Shown here in pieces: positions 27,652 through 36,711 of a stretch of 64,000 nucleotides of DNA. Position 1 is the first letter of the stretch; the number at the start of each line of letters is the position of its first letter. The translations under genes and the position numbers were made by a program. The DNA is taken from positions 186,001-250,000 of IMG/VR virus record IMGVR_UViG_3300031951_000001; one strand, written 5' to 3'. The notes beneath the pieces are model-generated. The model searched no databases. It was given only the letters and a program-made list of their open reading frames with translations, and was not told the origin of the DNA.

Positions 27652-29421
27652 TTAGAATTGTCTTACAGAATTTATCTTATTCATTATTTCCTCAACTATG
27701 TCACCGGAATTTATATTATCACCCATCACGGTTTCAATATTTTTCTTCTTGTTATTAACCATATCGTAGATTATTCCTTCGATTGTATTTTCAAATATCG
27801 GATAATAAACGGAAACTGAATTTTTTTGACCGTATCTATAAGCTCTATCTTCAGCTTGTGATAAATCACCTGGCACGAATGCCAAGTCGTTTATGATTAC
27901 CGCTTCTGCGGCGGTTAGGGTAATACCAACACCTGCGGCTTTTAAGTTACCAACGAATACTTTTATCTTTTCGTTGTCTTGAAATTGGTCTACCGCATAT
28001 TGTCTTTGAGCATTACTACAACTACCATCTAAAAATACAGCTTGTTTTCCGAAGTGACTGTAAATTTTATGTAATGTATCTGTAAAGTTTGTGAATATAA
28101 TGACTTTCTTTCCTTGTTCTAAAATATTTTCAGCAATCTCGATTGTGTTATTAACCTTTTCATCGGCAATGACCTGTCTAACTTTCATTAACTTACTAAA
28201 TTGTACGGTCAATGACCCTGATTCTTCTTTTTTGTTGTCATACCAATCATAATAATCACCCATCAATGCTTCGTATTGTTTTGACCTAACACGAAGATAA
28301 ACTGGTGTAATAATCTTGTCAGGTAAATCCAACACTTCTGTCTTCAATCTACGTAAAACTTGTCTTGCTGTTCTATCTCTCAACTCCTCCAAGTTTGATG
28401 CTCCTGTCACATTCCAAACCTTCCTATTACCCGCTCTGAATTGATACCCCTGACAATATCTAATGGCAAATGCCATCCAATTTTGAGCTACAGGACTATC
28501 AATAAGATGTAATAGATTAAAATAATTCATTGGTCGTGATGTCATCGGAGTACCAGTTAATAACCACAACTTATCAACATTCTTACAGATGTGATTAACA
28601 ATCTTTGTTCTTTGAGCTTGAGCATTCTGAACATAGTGGGCTTCATCCAAAATTATCAAATCAAAGTTTGATTGTTTGATTAATGAAGTTTCTTTGTCCT
28701 TTGGGTCATGAAAGTTTTTCAATATGTCATAATTCACAATAACAAAATCATGCTCGGTCGAATATGATTTACCTTCAGAAATAAACACACTTCGGTCTGT
28801 ATAATTCTGAATCTCACGAAGCCAATTGACCTTTAACGTTGCCGGACAGACAATTAAAATCTTTTTGGCTCCCGTTTCTAAAGCCGCAATAATTGTTGAT
28901 GTTGTTTTACCCAAACCCATGTCATCGGCAAGAATAAATCTTTTACTACCTGCCAATTTTTCTATTGCTTCTTTTTGATGTTCGAGTGGAGGACGATGAG
29001 AATACTTTGAATAGTTGATATCGACTTTCTCCATTCTGTGTGACTTAATCAACGCCCCTTTCGGTAACCAAAAATCGTGAATTGTCTCACCTGAAAAAAA
29101 CTTACCCCAAACGTGATAAGCTTTCTCCTTCTCAACCAACAATTTTTCTATCCAACATTCTGTGGGTATCTCCGTATATAATTTTTCATCGGCAATTTTC
29201 TTTGCGAAGTATGGGTCCAAATCAACCCATTTTTTGGCGACCTTTGGTGATGTTTCATGAAAGGTTGTGATATATTCTGATTGAGCTCGGGTGGGGTAAA
29301 ACTTTTTATTATGTTCTTTATTGTATTTTAATTTCAGGATATAGTTGTTTGCCCCCGAATAATTTTCGAGAATGCCCAAAGCTCGTTGCTCAATCAAATT
29401 TGTCGAGGTTGAATTCAACAC
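27652..29421 (-). CDS. SNF2-family (HARP/SMARCAL1-like) helicase/ATPase
   Basis: LADDMGLGKT, DEAH, LTGTP, AAGVGITL, QAEDRAYRYGQ. The true start is likely GTG 29421 or TTG 29418 because the 29466 start overlaps the divergent gene. Confidence 0.9.
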   Translation of the reverse strand: MLNSTSTNLIEQRALGILENYSGANNYILKLKYNKEHNKKFYPTRAQSEYITTFHETSPKVAKKWVDLDPYFAKKIADEKLYTEIPTECWIEKLLVEKEKAYHVWGKFFSGETIHDFWLPKGALIKSHRMEKVDINYSKYSHRPPLEHQKEAIEKLAGSKRFILADDMGLGKTTSTIIAALETGAKKILIVCPATLKVNWLREIQNYTDRSVFISEGKSYSTEHDFVIVNYDILKNFHDPKDKETSLIKQSNFDLIILDEAHYVQNAQAQRTKIVNHICKNVDKLWLLTGTPMTSRPMNYFNLLHLIDSPVAQNWMAFAIRYCQGYQFRAGNRKVWNVTGASNLEELRDRTARQVLRRLKTEVLDLPDKIITPVYLRVRSKQYEALMGDYYDWYDNKKEESGSLTVQFSKLMKVRQVIADEKVNNTIEIAENILEQGKKVIIFTNFTDTLHKIYSHFGKQAVFLDGSCSNAQRQYAVDQFQDNEKIKVFVGNLKAAGVGITLTAAEAVIINDLAFVPGDLSQAEDRAYRYGQKNSVSVYYPIFENTIEGIIYDMVNNKKKNIETVMGDNINSGDIVEEIMNKINSVRQF

Positions 29422-29427
29422 ATTATA

Positions 29428-29456
29428 AAAATAATAAACAATTCGATATTTATCAA
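29428..29456. promoter_or_regulatory. Overlapping divergent promoters: TTGATA-N17-TATTTT (minus, helicase) and TATTTATC (plus, 29447-54, neck gene)
   Basis: Both motifs are read directly in a ~36-nt intergenic gap. Confidence 0.5.
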
Positions 29457-29457
29457 T

Positions 29458-29973
29458 ATGGGACAACCGAGAGTACCAATATCAAGGATAGGAAAATTTT
29501 TTGGAGTTGAGGATTTCGACTTGGATATCTCTATGGGTGAGGAATGGTTACACGGTGATATGAATTTCACACTTGTTCTATACCGTGTGGATAGACAAAA
29601 AACCAAAACCGATGATGTATATGGAGAGGCTTTAATGGATGGAATAAAGTTTTTACCACCCGTAGAATTCAAAGCATTTGTACAAATCATGGCCCCTGAA
29701 AACAAATATTTAGGTAACTCAAAGATTGACCAAGTTGAGCCAGGTAACATTAGAATATCGGTGTATCAAAAACAGTTAGATGAACTTGAGATTGATATTA
29801 ATTACGGTGATTACATTGGTTATTATGAAACTGAAAATCGTGTTAGATATTATGTGGTCAACAATGATGGTCGTGTAATTTCTGATAATAAACATACATA
29901 CGCTGGGTACAAGCCATTCTATAGAACAATTATGGCGTCTGCCGTTGTAGATAACGAATTTAGAGGATTATGA
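29458..29973 (+). CDS. Head closure/neck protein (T4 gp14-like)
   Basis: DDVYGE motif and GDYI segment; positioned before the tail terminator and sheath genes. Confidence 0.55.
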   Translation: MGQPRVPISRIGKFFGVEDFDLDISMGEEWLHGDMNFTLVLYRVDRQKTKTDDVYGEALMDGIKFLPPVEFKAFVQIMAPENKYLGNSKIDQVEPGNIRISVYQKQLDELEIDINYGDYIGYYETENRVRYYVVNNDGRVISDNKHTYAGYKPFYRTIMASAVVDNEFRGL

Positions 29974-30128
29974 AAATAAAATTAACCGAAGACCAAATTA
30001 GAAGAATTTTAGAAATTGTTGATTCTGAAAAAGTTAAGTGTGATAAATGTGATTGGGAATGGAACTTATCAGATGGTGGGGATGGCCCATTTATTTGTCA
30101 TAAGTGTTGGCACGACAACGGAAAATAA
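29970..30128 (+). CDS. Small Zn-ribbon protein (52 aa), absent from ORF track
   Basis: MKIKLTEDQIRRILEIVDSEKVKCDKCDWEWNLSDGGDGPFICHKCWHDNGK; two CxxC motifs; ATGA overlap upstream and TAATG overlap downstream. Confidence 0.8.
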   Translation: MKIKLTEDQIRRILEIVDSEKVKCDKCDWEWNLSDGGDGPFICHKCWHDNGK

Positions 30129-31162
30129 TGGGATTACCAAAAAAAATAAAAAAATTCTTACCTCTAACAGAGTCGAAAACTTTGTTACCAAGAAGGAGGG
30201 AACTTGTTGATAAAATCAATAAGGATGGAACCTATTTGCCAAAATCTTTATTACATGCCGATTTAGATAAAGGATTTTTAGATTTTGTGAAAACAGATTT
30301 GGAAACGGTAGTGGAAGGTAAGAAAGTGCCTATGGTCGACATTCTAATAACGACCCAAAATTGGGCTCAATTTACAGAAACATGGAATTTTCAAAACCTT
30401 GACAAGAACGCTGAACCACCATTCATCACAGTTGTTAGAGTACCTGAAGTAAAATTTGGTACCAATCCCGCATTGTTGTACAACATACCAAATAGAAAAC
30501 TTTATTTCTATGCTCAAGTACCGACTTGGGATGGACAAAGACACGGATATGACATTTATAGAATACCACAACCAGTACCCGTAGATATATCTTATACCGT
30601 TAAGATTATCTGTAACCGAATGAGAGAACTAAATAAATTCAATAAGATTGTTATTGAAAAGTTTGCCTCAAGACAAGCCTATACTAATATCAAAGGACAC
30701 TATATCCCTATTGTGATGGGTGATATATCTGATGAATCAGTTCTTGATGTTGAAAAAAGAAAGTATTATATCCAAAGTTATTCATTTACCATGCTTGGTT
30801 TCTTAATAGATGAGGATGAGTTTGAGGTTTCTCCGGCAATCAATAGATTATTACAAATTGTGGAAGTCGACGAGAAAGTAGTTAGACGACAAGTTAAAAA
30901 TGAATTAAGTAAAGAACCAAAAATTAACGCTTTGTTTGTTGAGGGTAATGATGAGTTAAACGAGAGATTTGATTACACAACGGATTTGATTTTAGAGAAA
31001 ACAAAAAACGTAGAAACTTTTGAGGTCTATATTAACGGAACATTCTTCGGTGAAAGCCCAAACAAGATTCAAATTAACACGGGGGACGCTTTAAGACTTG
31101 TGGTAAAAAAATTAAATGACGAACAAGAATCGAAAGTAACATTCATGTCGATTGTTATTTAA
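30128..31162 (+). CDS. Tail terminator/completion protein (gp15-like)
   Basis: PQPVPVDISYTVKI and PFITVVR segments; precedes the sheath gene. ATG 30128 is coupled to the upstream stop. Confidence 0.6.
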   Translation: MGLPKKIKKFLPLTESKTLLPRRRELVDKINKDGTYLPKSLLHADLDKGFLDFVKTDLETVVEGKKVPMVDILITTQNWAQFTETWNFQNLDKNAEPPFITVVRVPEVKFGTNPALLYNIPNRKLYFYAQVPTWDGQRHGYDIYRIPQPVPVDISYTVKIICNRMRELNKFNKIVIEKFASRQAYTNIKGHYIPIVMGDISDESVLDVEKRKYYIQSYSFTMLGFLIDEDEFEVSPAINRLLQIVEVDEKVVRRQVKNELSKEPKINALFVEGNDELNERFDYTTDLILEKTKNVETFEVYINGTFFGESPNKIQINTGDALRLVVKKLNDEQESKVTFMSIVI

Positions 31163-31323
31163 TCCTCCCCGTATATATCTTTTTTTTCCTTACACTTTTC
31201 AATTATTAGTTTCTCCAAGAACCTATACATCTTAATACCGTTCTTATCACAATACTTTTTTAAGATGTCATGGACTTCTTGTGAAATCTTTAAATTTTTA
31301 ATCTGGCGACCATTCTGTGACAT
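31159..31323 (-). CDS. Small ribbon-helix-helix-like DNA-binding protein (54 aa), absent from ORF track
   Basis: MSQNGRQIKNLKISQEVHDILKKYCDKNGIKMYRFLEKLIIEKCKEKKDIYGED has the KNLKI strand, helix, G turn and helix pattern of RHH proteins. Confidence 0.7.
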   Translation of the reverse strand: MSQNGRQIKNLKISQEVHDILKKYCDKNGIKMYRFLEKLIIEKCKEKKDIYGED

Positions 31324-31328
31324 AAGAT

Positions 31329-31352
31329 AAAAAAGGCAGAAAATAGTCTGCC
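31329..31352 (-). terminator. Hairpin GGCAGA-N6-TCTGCC followed by T6 in the leader of the RHH gene
   Basis: The minus strand reads ggcagactattttctgcctttttt; it could be a terminator/attenuator or an operator. Confidence 0.45.
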
Positions 31353-31402
31353 CAATTTATAAATAGTTATCGGTAAGTCAAGAATTTTGGTTTTTTCTTG
31401 AA

Positions 31403-31410
31403 TATTTATC
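31403..31410 (+). promoter_or_regulatory. TATTTATC putative late promoter (sheath)
   Basis: Motif variant 31 nt upstream of the sheath ATG. Confidence 0.55.
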
Positions 31411-31441
31411 AATAAAATAAAAATAAAGAAACTCAAAACTA

Positions 31442-34400
31442 ATGGCAAGCAACAGTAAAGTATTTGTATCACCTGGAGTTTATACTTCAGAGGTTGATTT
31501 AAGTTTTGTGGCACAAAGTGTGGGGGTAACCACACTTGGTATAGTGGGAGAGACTCTACGAGGTCCTGCTTTTGAACCAATATTCATCAGAAATTTTGAT
31601 GAATTCACAGCTTATTTTGGTGGAACCTCACCAGAAAAATTCATTAATACTCAAATTCCAAAGTATGAGGCGGCATATATTGCCAAAGCTTATTTACAAC
31701 AATCTAATCAATTGTTTGTAACAAGAGTACTTGGGTTATCGGGGTATGATGCGGGACCCTCATGGTCAATAACTACAAAGGCAAATGTTGATGGTAGTAC
31801 AGTGGATTTTTATTGTAACTCATCTTCATTAGTTGATTGTGTAACTGAATGTACTGATTATGAAGTAATTGACTTTAGTGTTGATTTCAATGGATGTTCT
31901 AATAACATATCGTCAATCAGTTTCAATACCGCACAAATTCCGTCAGTTATTTTAAACAAACTAAGTAATTCTTTAGAACTATTCAATGGAAGTACTACTT
32001 CATTGTTGGCTCAAATGAACAATCAAGTTTATAACGCAATCTTATCTTCGGGTAACACCACCGGTTCCTCAATTTATTACTATGGTGTAATTTCTGGAGG
32101 TAGTTATAGCGCGTTATCAACTACTTATAGTGCAGAAACAAACGTGTTTGGTGTAGACACCGTAGATTCAACAAATTACAATTACGCTGACCCAAATAAT
32201 GACCCTTGGTATTATGCGTTGTTTGATAATAACTCTCATCAGGTTGGGGGATATTCGGGGTATTCATTTTATACAACTATAAGTAGCTTTATTCCGACGA
32301 CAACATCTAGTAATTGTGCAACTTTCTATTCATTCCAATTAGATGGTACACCTGGTGTTATAAATTACAACACCAATACAATAACAGTTTGTGTAGGAGC
32401 TTTGAGTGCTGCTTTCACACCAACATATACGACTTGTGTTGATGAAGATAATATTACAGGTCCTGGAGGAGCTATTTTATGGAATGGTGCTTCATTCTTG
32501 GATTTAAGTTCAGGTTCGGCAATAGTTCAGATGGTATCTGAAGATGGTACAGTTACAGTAAATTGGAATATCGTTGCAGTTGTAAGCGACCCCTGTAATC
32601 CTTGTACCGCAACAGGTGCTGGCGAAGGTAATGTTGGTTCAATCAATAGATGTTATAGCGGTACTTTGACCGGTAAAATTTATGTATATAGTGGAACACC
32701 GTATTTAGATTACGATAATTTAGTTATTGCTACTCTCCGTTCAAGAGGTCTTGCAACATATGGTAACGATACAGGTGCGGTTTACGAAGTTACAGGATTG
32801 ACTGACGTGAGTATGGTTACAACAGGTCAGTATTCAGGAGTAACCAAAAATCCATTCTCAACTTTTGGATTAAACGTTACAAATAACGATGGAACGACCC
32901 TGTTCTTTCAAACCTCATTTACTAATGCGGACACTCAATATATTTCAAAAGTATTCGGTTCAACAAACTTTGCAAAACCAAGACAAACCGTTCCTTTATT
33001 TGTTGAGGAAAGATATCAAAACTTATTGAGTTACGCTTATAGAAAAGGTTACATTAAAGGTTTAAATACCTCGTTAACCGCACTAAACAGTGCCAGAAGT
33101 GAAGAGATAACAAGTATCGGTTTTTATTTAGAACAATACCAATCATCGTCTTCACCATGGATAGTATCTGAATTAAGAGGTTCTAAAGTATATAATTTAT
33201 TCAGATTCCATACAATTGCTGATGGTGAAGACGCTAACTTACAAGTTAAGATTTCATTGGCTAATATGTCTTTTGCTAATCAGACATTTGATGTGTTAGT
33301 TAGAGATTATTTTGACTCTGATAATTCTCCAGTGGTTATAGAAAAATTCACCAACTGCAGTATGGACCCCAATGAAAATAACTTCATTGCGACTAAGATT
33401 GGTACTTCTGATGGTGAGTATCAGTTAAATTCTAAATACATAATGGTTGAGATGAATGAGGATGCTCCTACAGACGCACTTCCTTGTGGATTCTTAGGAT
33501 TTAATATGAGAGAATATTCAGGAGTTGTACCTCCATTTCCTATTTATAAAACAAAATATGATTTCCCTGGTGAAACAGTATTCAATCCGCCATTTGGCAA
33601 TTCTTCGGGTGCCGATGACGCGGTAACTAGTGCGGGTGACAACGTAAGACGTACATATTTAGGTATCTCGGATACTGTTGGATATGACGTTGATTTCTTC
33701 CTTTACAAAGGTAAAAGAATACCTGGAGCATTTTGTACTGACCCAACAGGAGAGGAATGGGGATATAGAACAAGAGGTTTCCACATGGATATAAACGCAT
33801 CAGGAGTTACAATTGCAAATGGCTTTGCAACTAGTGGCACCCCAACGTTCTTCTGTGGTTCCGCTCCGTTCATTAACGACCCTGAAGACCCAACAAATCC
33901 ATATTATAGATTGTTTGGTCGTAAATTTACTGTGGCGGTACAAGGAGGTTTTGATGGATGGGATATCTATACAGAACGTCGTACAAATTCAGATAGATTC
34001 GTACTTGGTAAGTCAGGTTATTTAAAAGGTGCATGTGAATCAATTCTTTATCCTAATGCTACTGGATGGGGAGCATTTAAGAAAATTACAGTCAATAAAA
34101 ATTCAGTAGACTTTGCAAACACAGATTATTACGCTTATTTATTGGGTCAACAGACCTTCTCAAATCCTGAGGCGGTTAATATTAATGTATTTGTTACTCC
34201 TGGTATTGATTATGTAAATAACTCAAACTTGGTTGAAGCGGCGATAGAGATGATTGAGTTTGATAGGGCTGACTCCTTATACATTTGTACAACACCTGAC
34301 TACAACATGTTTACACCTTCAGCTGGTAATTCAGAAGAAATAATTTACCCACAAGAAGCGGTTGATAATCTTGAAACTACGGGTATTGACTCAAACTATA

Positions 34401-35011
34401 CTTGTACTTACTACCCATGGGTTTTAACAAGAGATAGTGTTAACAATACACAAATTTATTTACCACCAACTGCTGAAGTTACAAGAAACTTAGCATTGAC
34501 CGACAACATTGCATTCCCATGGTTCGCGGCGGCAGGTTACACTCGTGGTATAGTAAACGCTGTAAAAGCTCGTAAGAAACTGACTCAAGAGGATAGAGAT
34601 GTTCTTTACAAAGGTAGAATTAACCCAATCGCAACCTTCTCTGATGTAGGTACAGTAATTTGGGGTAATAAAACCCTTCAAGTTAGAGAATCTGCACTTG
34701 ACAGAATTAACGTTAGAAGATTGTTGTTACAAGCTCGTAAGTTAATTTCAGCAGTTTCAGTTAGATTGTTGTTCGAACAAAATGACCAAAAGGTTAGACA
34801 GGACTTCTTGGATGCGGTTAATCCAATCCTTGACGCAATCAGAAGAGACAGAGGTTTATACGATTTCCGTGTAACAGTTTCTTCAGACACTGCTGACTTG
34901 GATAGAAACCAAATGACAGGTAAGATTTATATCAAACCAACAAGGTCACTTGAATTCATCGATATTACATTCTACATAACCCCAACAGGTGCGTCGTTTG
35001 AAAATATCTAA
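31442..35011 (+). CDS. Contractile tail sheath protein with large insertion
   Basis: VFVSPGVYTSEVD N-terminus; PWFAAAGYTRG, RINPIATF, IWGNKTL, RINVRRLL and IYIKPTRSLEFIDITF in the C-terminal domain. Confidence 0.95.
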   Translation: MASNSKVFVSPGVYTSEVDLSFVAQSVGVTTLGIVGETLRGPAFEPIFIRNFDEFTAYFGGTSPEKFINTQIPKYEAAYIAKAYLQQSNQLFVTRVLGLSGYDAGPSWSITTKANVDGSTVDFYCNSSSLVDCVTECTDYEVIDFSVDFNGCSNNISSISFNTAQIPSVILNKLSNSLELFNGSTTSLLAQMNNQVYNAILSSGNTTGSSIYYYGVISGGSYSALSTTYSAETNVFGVDTVDSTNYNYADPNNDPWYYALFDNNSHQVGGYSGYSFYTTISSFIPTTTSSNCATFYSFQLDGTPGVINYNTNTITVCVGALSAAFTPTYTTCVDEDNITGPGGAILWNGASFLDLSSGSAIVQMVSEDGTVTVNWNIVAVVSDPCNPCTATGAGEGNVGSINRCYSGTLTGKIYVYSGTPYLDYDNLVIATLRSRGLATYGNDTGAVYEVTGLTDVSMVTTGQYSGVTKNPFSTFGLNVTNNDGTTLFFQTSFTNADTQYISKVFGSTNFAKPRQTVPLFVEERYQNLLSYAYRKGYIKGLNTSLTALNSARSEEITSIGFYLEQYQSSSSPWIVSELRGSKVYNLFRFHTIADGEDANLQVKISLANMSFANQTFDVLVRDYFDSDNSPVVIEKFTNCSMDPNENNFIATKIGTSDGEYQLNSKYIMVEMNEDAPTDALPCGFLGFNMREYSGVVPPFPIYKTKYDFPGETVFNPPFGNSSGADDAVTSAGDNVRRTYLGISDTVGYDVDFFLYKGKRIPGAFCTDPTGEEWGYRTRGFHMDINASGVTIANGFATSGTPTFFCGSAPFINDPEDPTNPYYRLFGRKFTVAVQGGFDGWDIYTERRTNSDRFVLGKSGYLKGACESILYPNATGWGAFKKITVNKNSVDFANTDYYAYLLGQQTFSNPEAVNINVFVTPGIDYVNNSNLVEAAIEMIEFDRADSLYICTTPDYNMFTPSAGNSEEIIYPQEAVDNLETTGIDSNYTCTYYPWVLTRDSVNNTQIYLPPTAEVTRNLALTDNIAFPWFAAAGYTRGIVNAVKARKKLTQEDRDVLYKGRINPIATFSDVGTVIWGNKTLQVRESALDRINVRRLLLQARKLISAVSVRLLFEQNDQKVRQDFLDAVNPILDAIRRDRGLYDFRVTVSSDTADLDRNQMTGKIYIKPTRSLEFIDITFYITPTGASFENI

Positions 35012-35022
35012 TAAATTTTAAT

Positions 35023-35060
35023 AGGACAGGCCGATATAAAAGTCGGTCTGTCCTTATTTA
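35023..35060 (+). terminator. 13-bp stem-loop after the sheath gene
   Basis: aggacaggccgat-ataaaa-gtcggtctgtcct followed by tattta. Confidence 0.65.
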
Positions 35061-35065
35061 TTAAT

Positions 35066-35884
35066 ATGAGAAAAAAATACATATTAGAAGGTATTACAGA
35101 AGAAGGTACTCCTGACATGAAATATTATGCGTTTGATTGGGATGATAATATCTTAACAATGCCGACCAAAATAGTACTCAAGGATGTTGATGGTGATGAA
35201 GTAGGTATGTCAACTGAAGATTTCGCTCATCATCGTGAAAAAATAGGAAAAGAAAATTTTGAATACGATGGACATGAAATTGTAGGTTTCGCTCAAAATC
35301 CATTTAGATACTTTAGTATAGAAGGTGATAAAAGATTTATTATTGACTCTATGTTAGCAAAACCAGGACCAGCTTGGACTGATTTTGTCGAAGCAATTAA
35401 TAACGGGTCTGTGTTTTCGATAGTCACCGCTAGAGGTCATACTCCAAGTGTTATTAAAGAGTCAGTATATAATATGATTATTTCAAATCATATGGGTATT
35501 AATTCAAATGAGTTAATAAAAAATTTAGAAAAATTCCGTGATTTAGAAGGTGTGGGAAAATCCACCAAAAGAGATATGATATTAGAATATCTTGATATGT
35601 GTCGTTTTTACCCTGTAACTTACGGAGAAGGTAGTGCGACTAATCCTGAAGAAGGAAAAATTAAAGCCCTAAAAGATTTTGTGGATTATGTTAAAAGAAT
35701 TTCTAAAATGATTAATAAGAAAGCATATCTGAAAAATAAGATTTCTAACAGATTTACACCAATGATTGGATTTTCAGATGACGACTTAAGAAATTTAGAA
35801 AAAGTTAAACAACATTTTGAAAAAGACCCAGAAAACATAATTAAAACTATATCAACTGCAGGAGGAATTAAAAAACCTTATTAA
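35066..35884 (+). CDS. HAD-superfamily phosphatase-like protein
   Basis: Motif I FDWDDN, motif II IVTARG, Lys in GKIK, motif IV FSDDD. Confidence 0.7.
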   Translation: MRKKYILEGITEEGTPDMKYYAFDWDDNILTMPTKIVLKDVDGDEVGMSTEDFAHHREKIGKENFEYDGHEIVGFAQNPFRYFSIEGDKRFIIDSMLAKPGPAWTDFVEAINNGSVFSIVTARGHTPSVIKESVYNMIISNHMGINSNELIKNLEKFRDLEGVGKSTKRDMILEYLDMCRFYPVTYGEGSATNPEEGKIKALKDFVDYVKRISKMINKKAYLKNKISNRFTPMIGFSDDDLRNLEKVKQHFEKDPENIIKTISTAGGIKKPY

Positions 35885-35951
35885 CTGGATACTTATAACT
35901 GGAATCTATTTGAAAAAAAACCAAAGTAAATAGAAAAAAAATAACTTGGTA

Positions 35952-35959
35952 TATTTATA
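35952..35959 (+). promoter_or_regulatory. TATTTATA putative late promoter (tail tube)
   Basis: Exact motif upstream of ATG 36003. Confidence 0.6.
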
Positions 35960-36002
35960 TAATATAAAACAAAAAAATAAAAAATTAAAAAACTGATATA
36001 CG

Positions 36003-36491
36003 ATGGCTGATTTACTGATGAAAATGCCGATACCTTACGAACCCAAAAGGCAAAACCGATTCATTCTACGTTTTGACACTACGTTAGGTATCAACGAATG
36101 GTTTGTTGAGAGTACGGCTCGTCCTCACATTACTATTAATCCTGTGGAAATTCCATTTTTGAATACTTCCACATATGTGGCCGGTAGATTTACATGGGGT
36201 ACAATTAACGTTAAATTCCGTGACCCAATCGGACCATCGGCATCACAAGCTCTTATGGAGTGGGTTCGTCTATGTGCTGAATCAGTTACAGGTCGTATGG
36301 GTTATGCTGTTGGTTATAAGAAAAACGTTGATTTGGAAATGTTAGACCCAACTGGTGTTGTTGTTGAAAAATGGATTTTAGAAGGAACATTCTTATCTGA
36401 TGTTAATTTTGATAGTTTGGCATACAATACAGATGCGTTGGCAACAATCTCAGCAACTCTTCGTATGGACCGTTGTATATTAGTTTATTAA
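36003..36491 (+). CDS. Tail tube protein (gp19-like)
   Basis: YEPKRQNRF, YVAGRFTW, YKKNVDLEMLDPTG, WILEG; 162 aa, downstream of the sheath. Confidence 0.9.
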   Translation: MADLLMKMPIPYEPKRQNRFILRFDTTLGINEWFVESTARPHITINPVEIPFLNTSTYVAGRFTWGTINVKFRDPIGPSASQALMEWVRLCAESVTGRMGYAVGYKKNVDLEMLDPTGVVVEKWILEGTFLSDVNFDSLAYNTDALATISATLRMDRCILVY

Positions 36492-36514
36492 AATTCAATT
36501 TACATATTTTATAT

Positions 36515-36548
36515 AATCCCGTATATATTGTTATACGGGATTTTTTTT
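36515..36548 (+). terminator. Intrinsic terminator after the tail tube gene
   Basis: aatcccgtata-tattgt-tatacgggatt followed by a T run. Confidence 0.85.
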
Positions 36549-36677
36549 ATGGAAGAAATTAGTGGATATACATGTAATCGGTGTGGTAAAGTTTTCGATA
36601 CCGAAGAAGAATTTCTTAATCGTCACAATAAGAAAAAAAAGTTAGAGTCTGGTGATAATCAAACAAGTGTTGATTAA
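36549..36677 (+). CDS. Small C2H2-like zinc-finger peptide (42 aa), absent from ORF track
   Basis: MEEISGYTCNRCGKVFDTEEEFLNRHNKKKKLESGDNQTSVD contains YxCxxCGKxF...H. Confidence 0.55.
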   Translation: MEEISGYTCNRCGKVFDTEEEFLNRHNKKKKLESGDNQTSVD

Positions 36678-36711
36678 TTTACTATAATAGTTATTTTATA
36701 AATAAAAAACA

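Noticed and set aside
30016-30210. 64-aa ORF from the track, and the 30104 start for the gp15-like gene
   Set aside because: The 29970-30128 Zn-ribbon ORF with coupled overlaps explains the region better.
31290-31580. 96-aa minus-strand ORF
   Set aside because: It overlaps the sheath start and promoter region; the credible gene is the RHH ORF at 31159-31323 in another frame.
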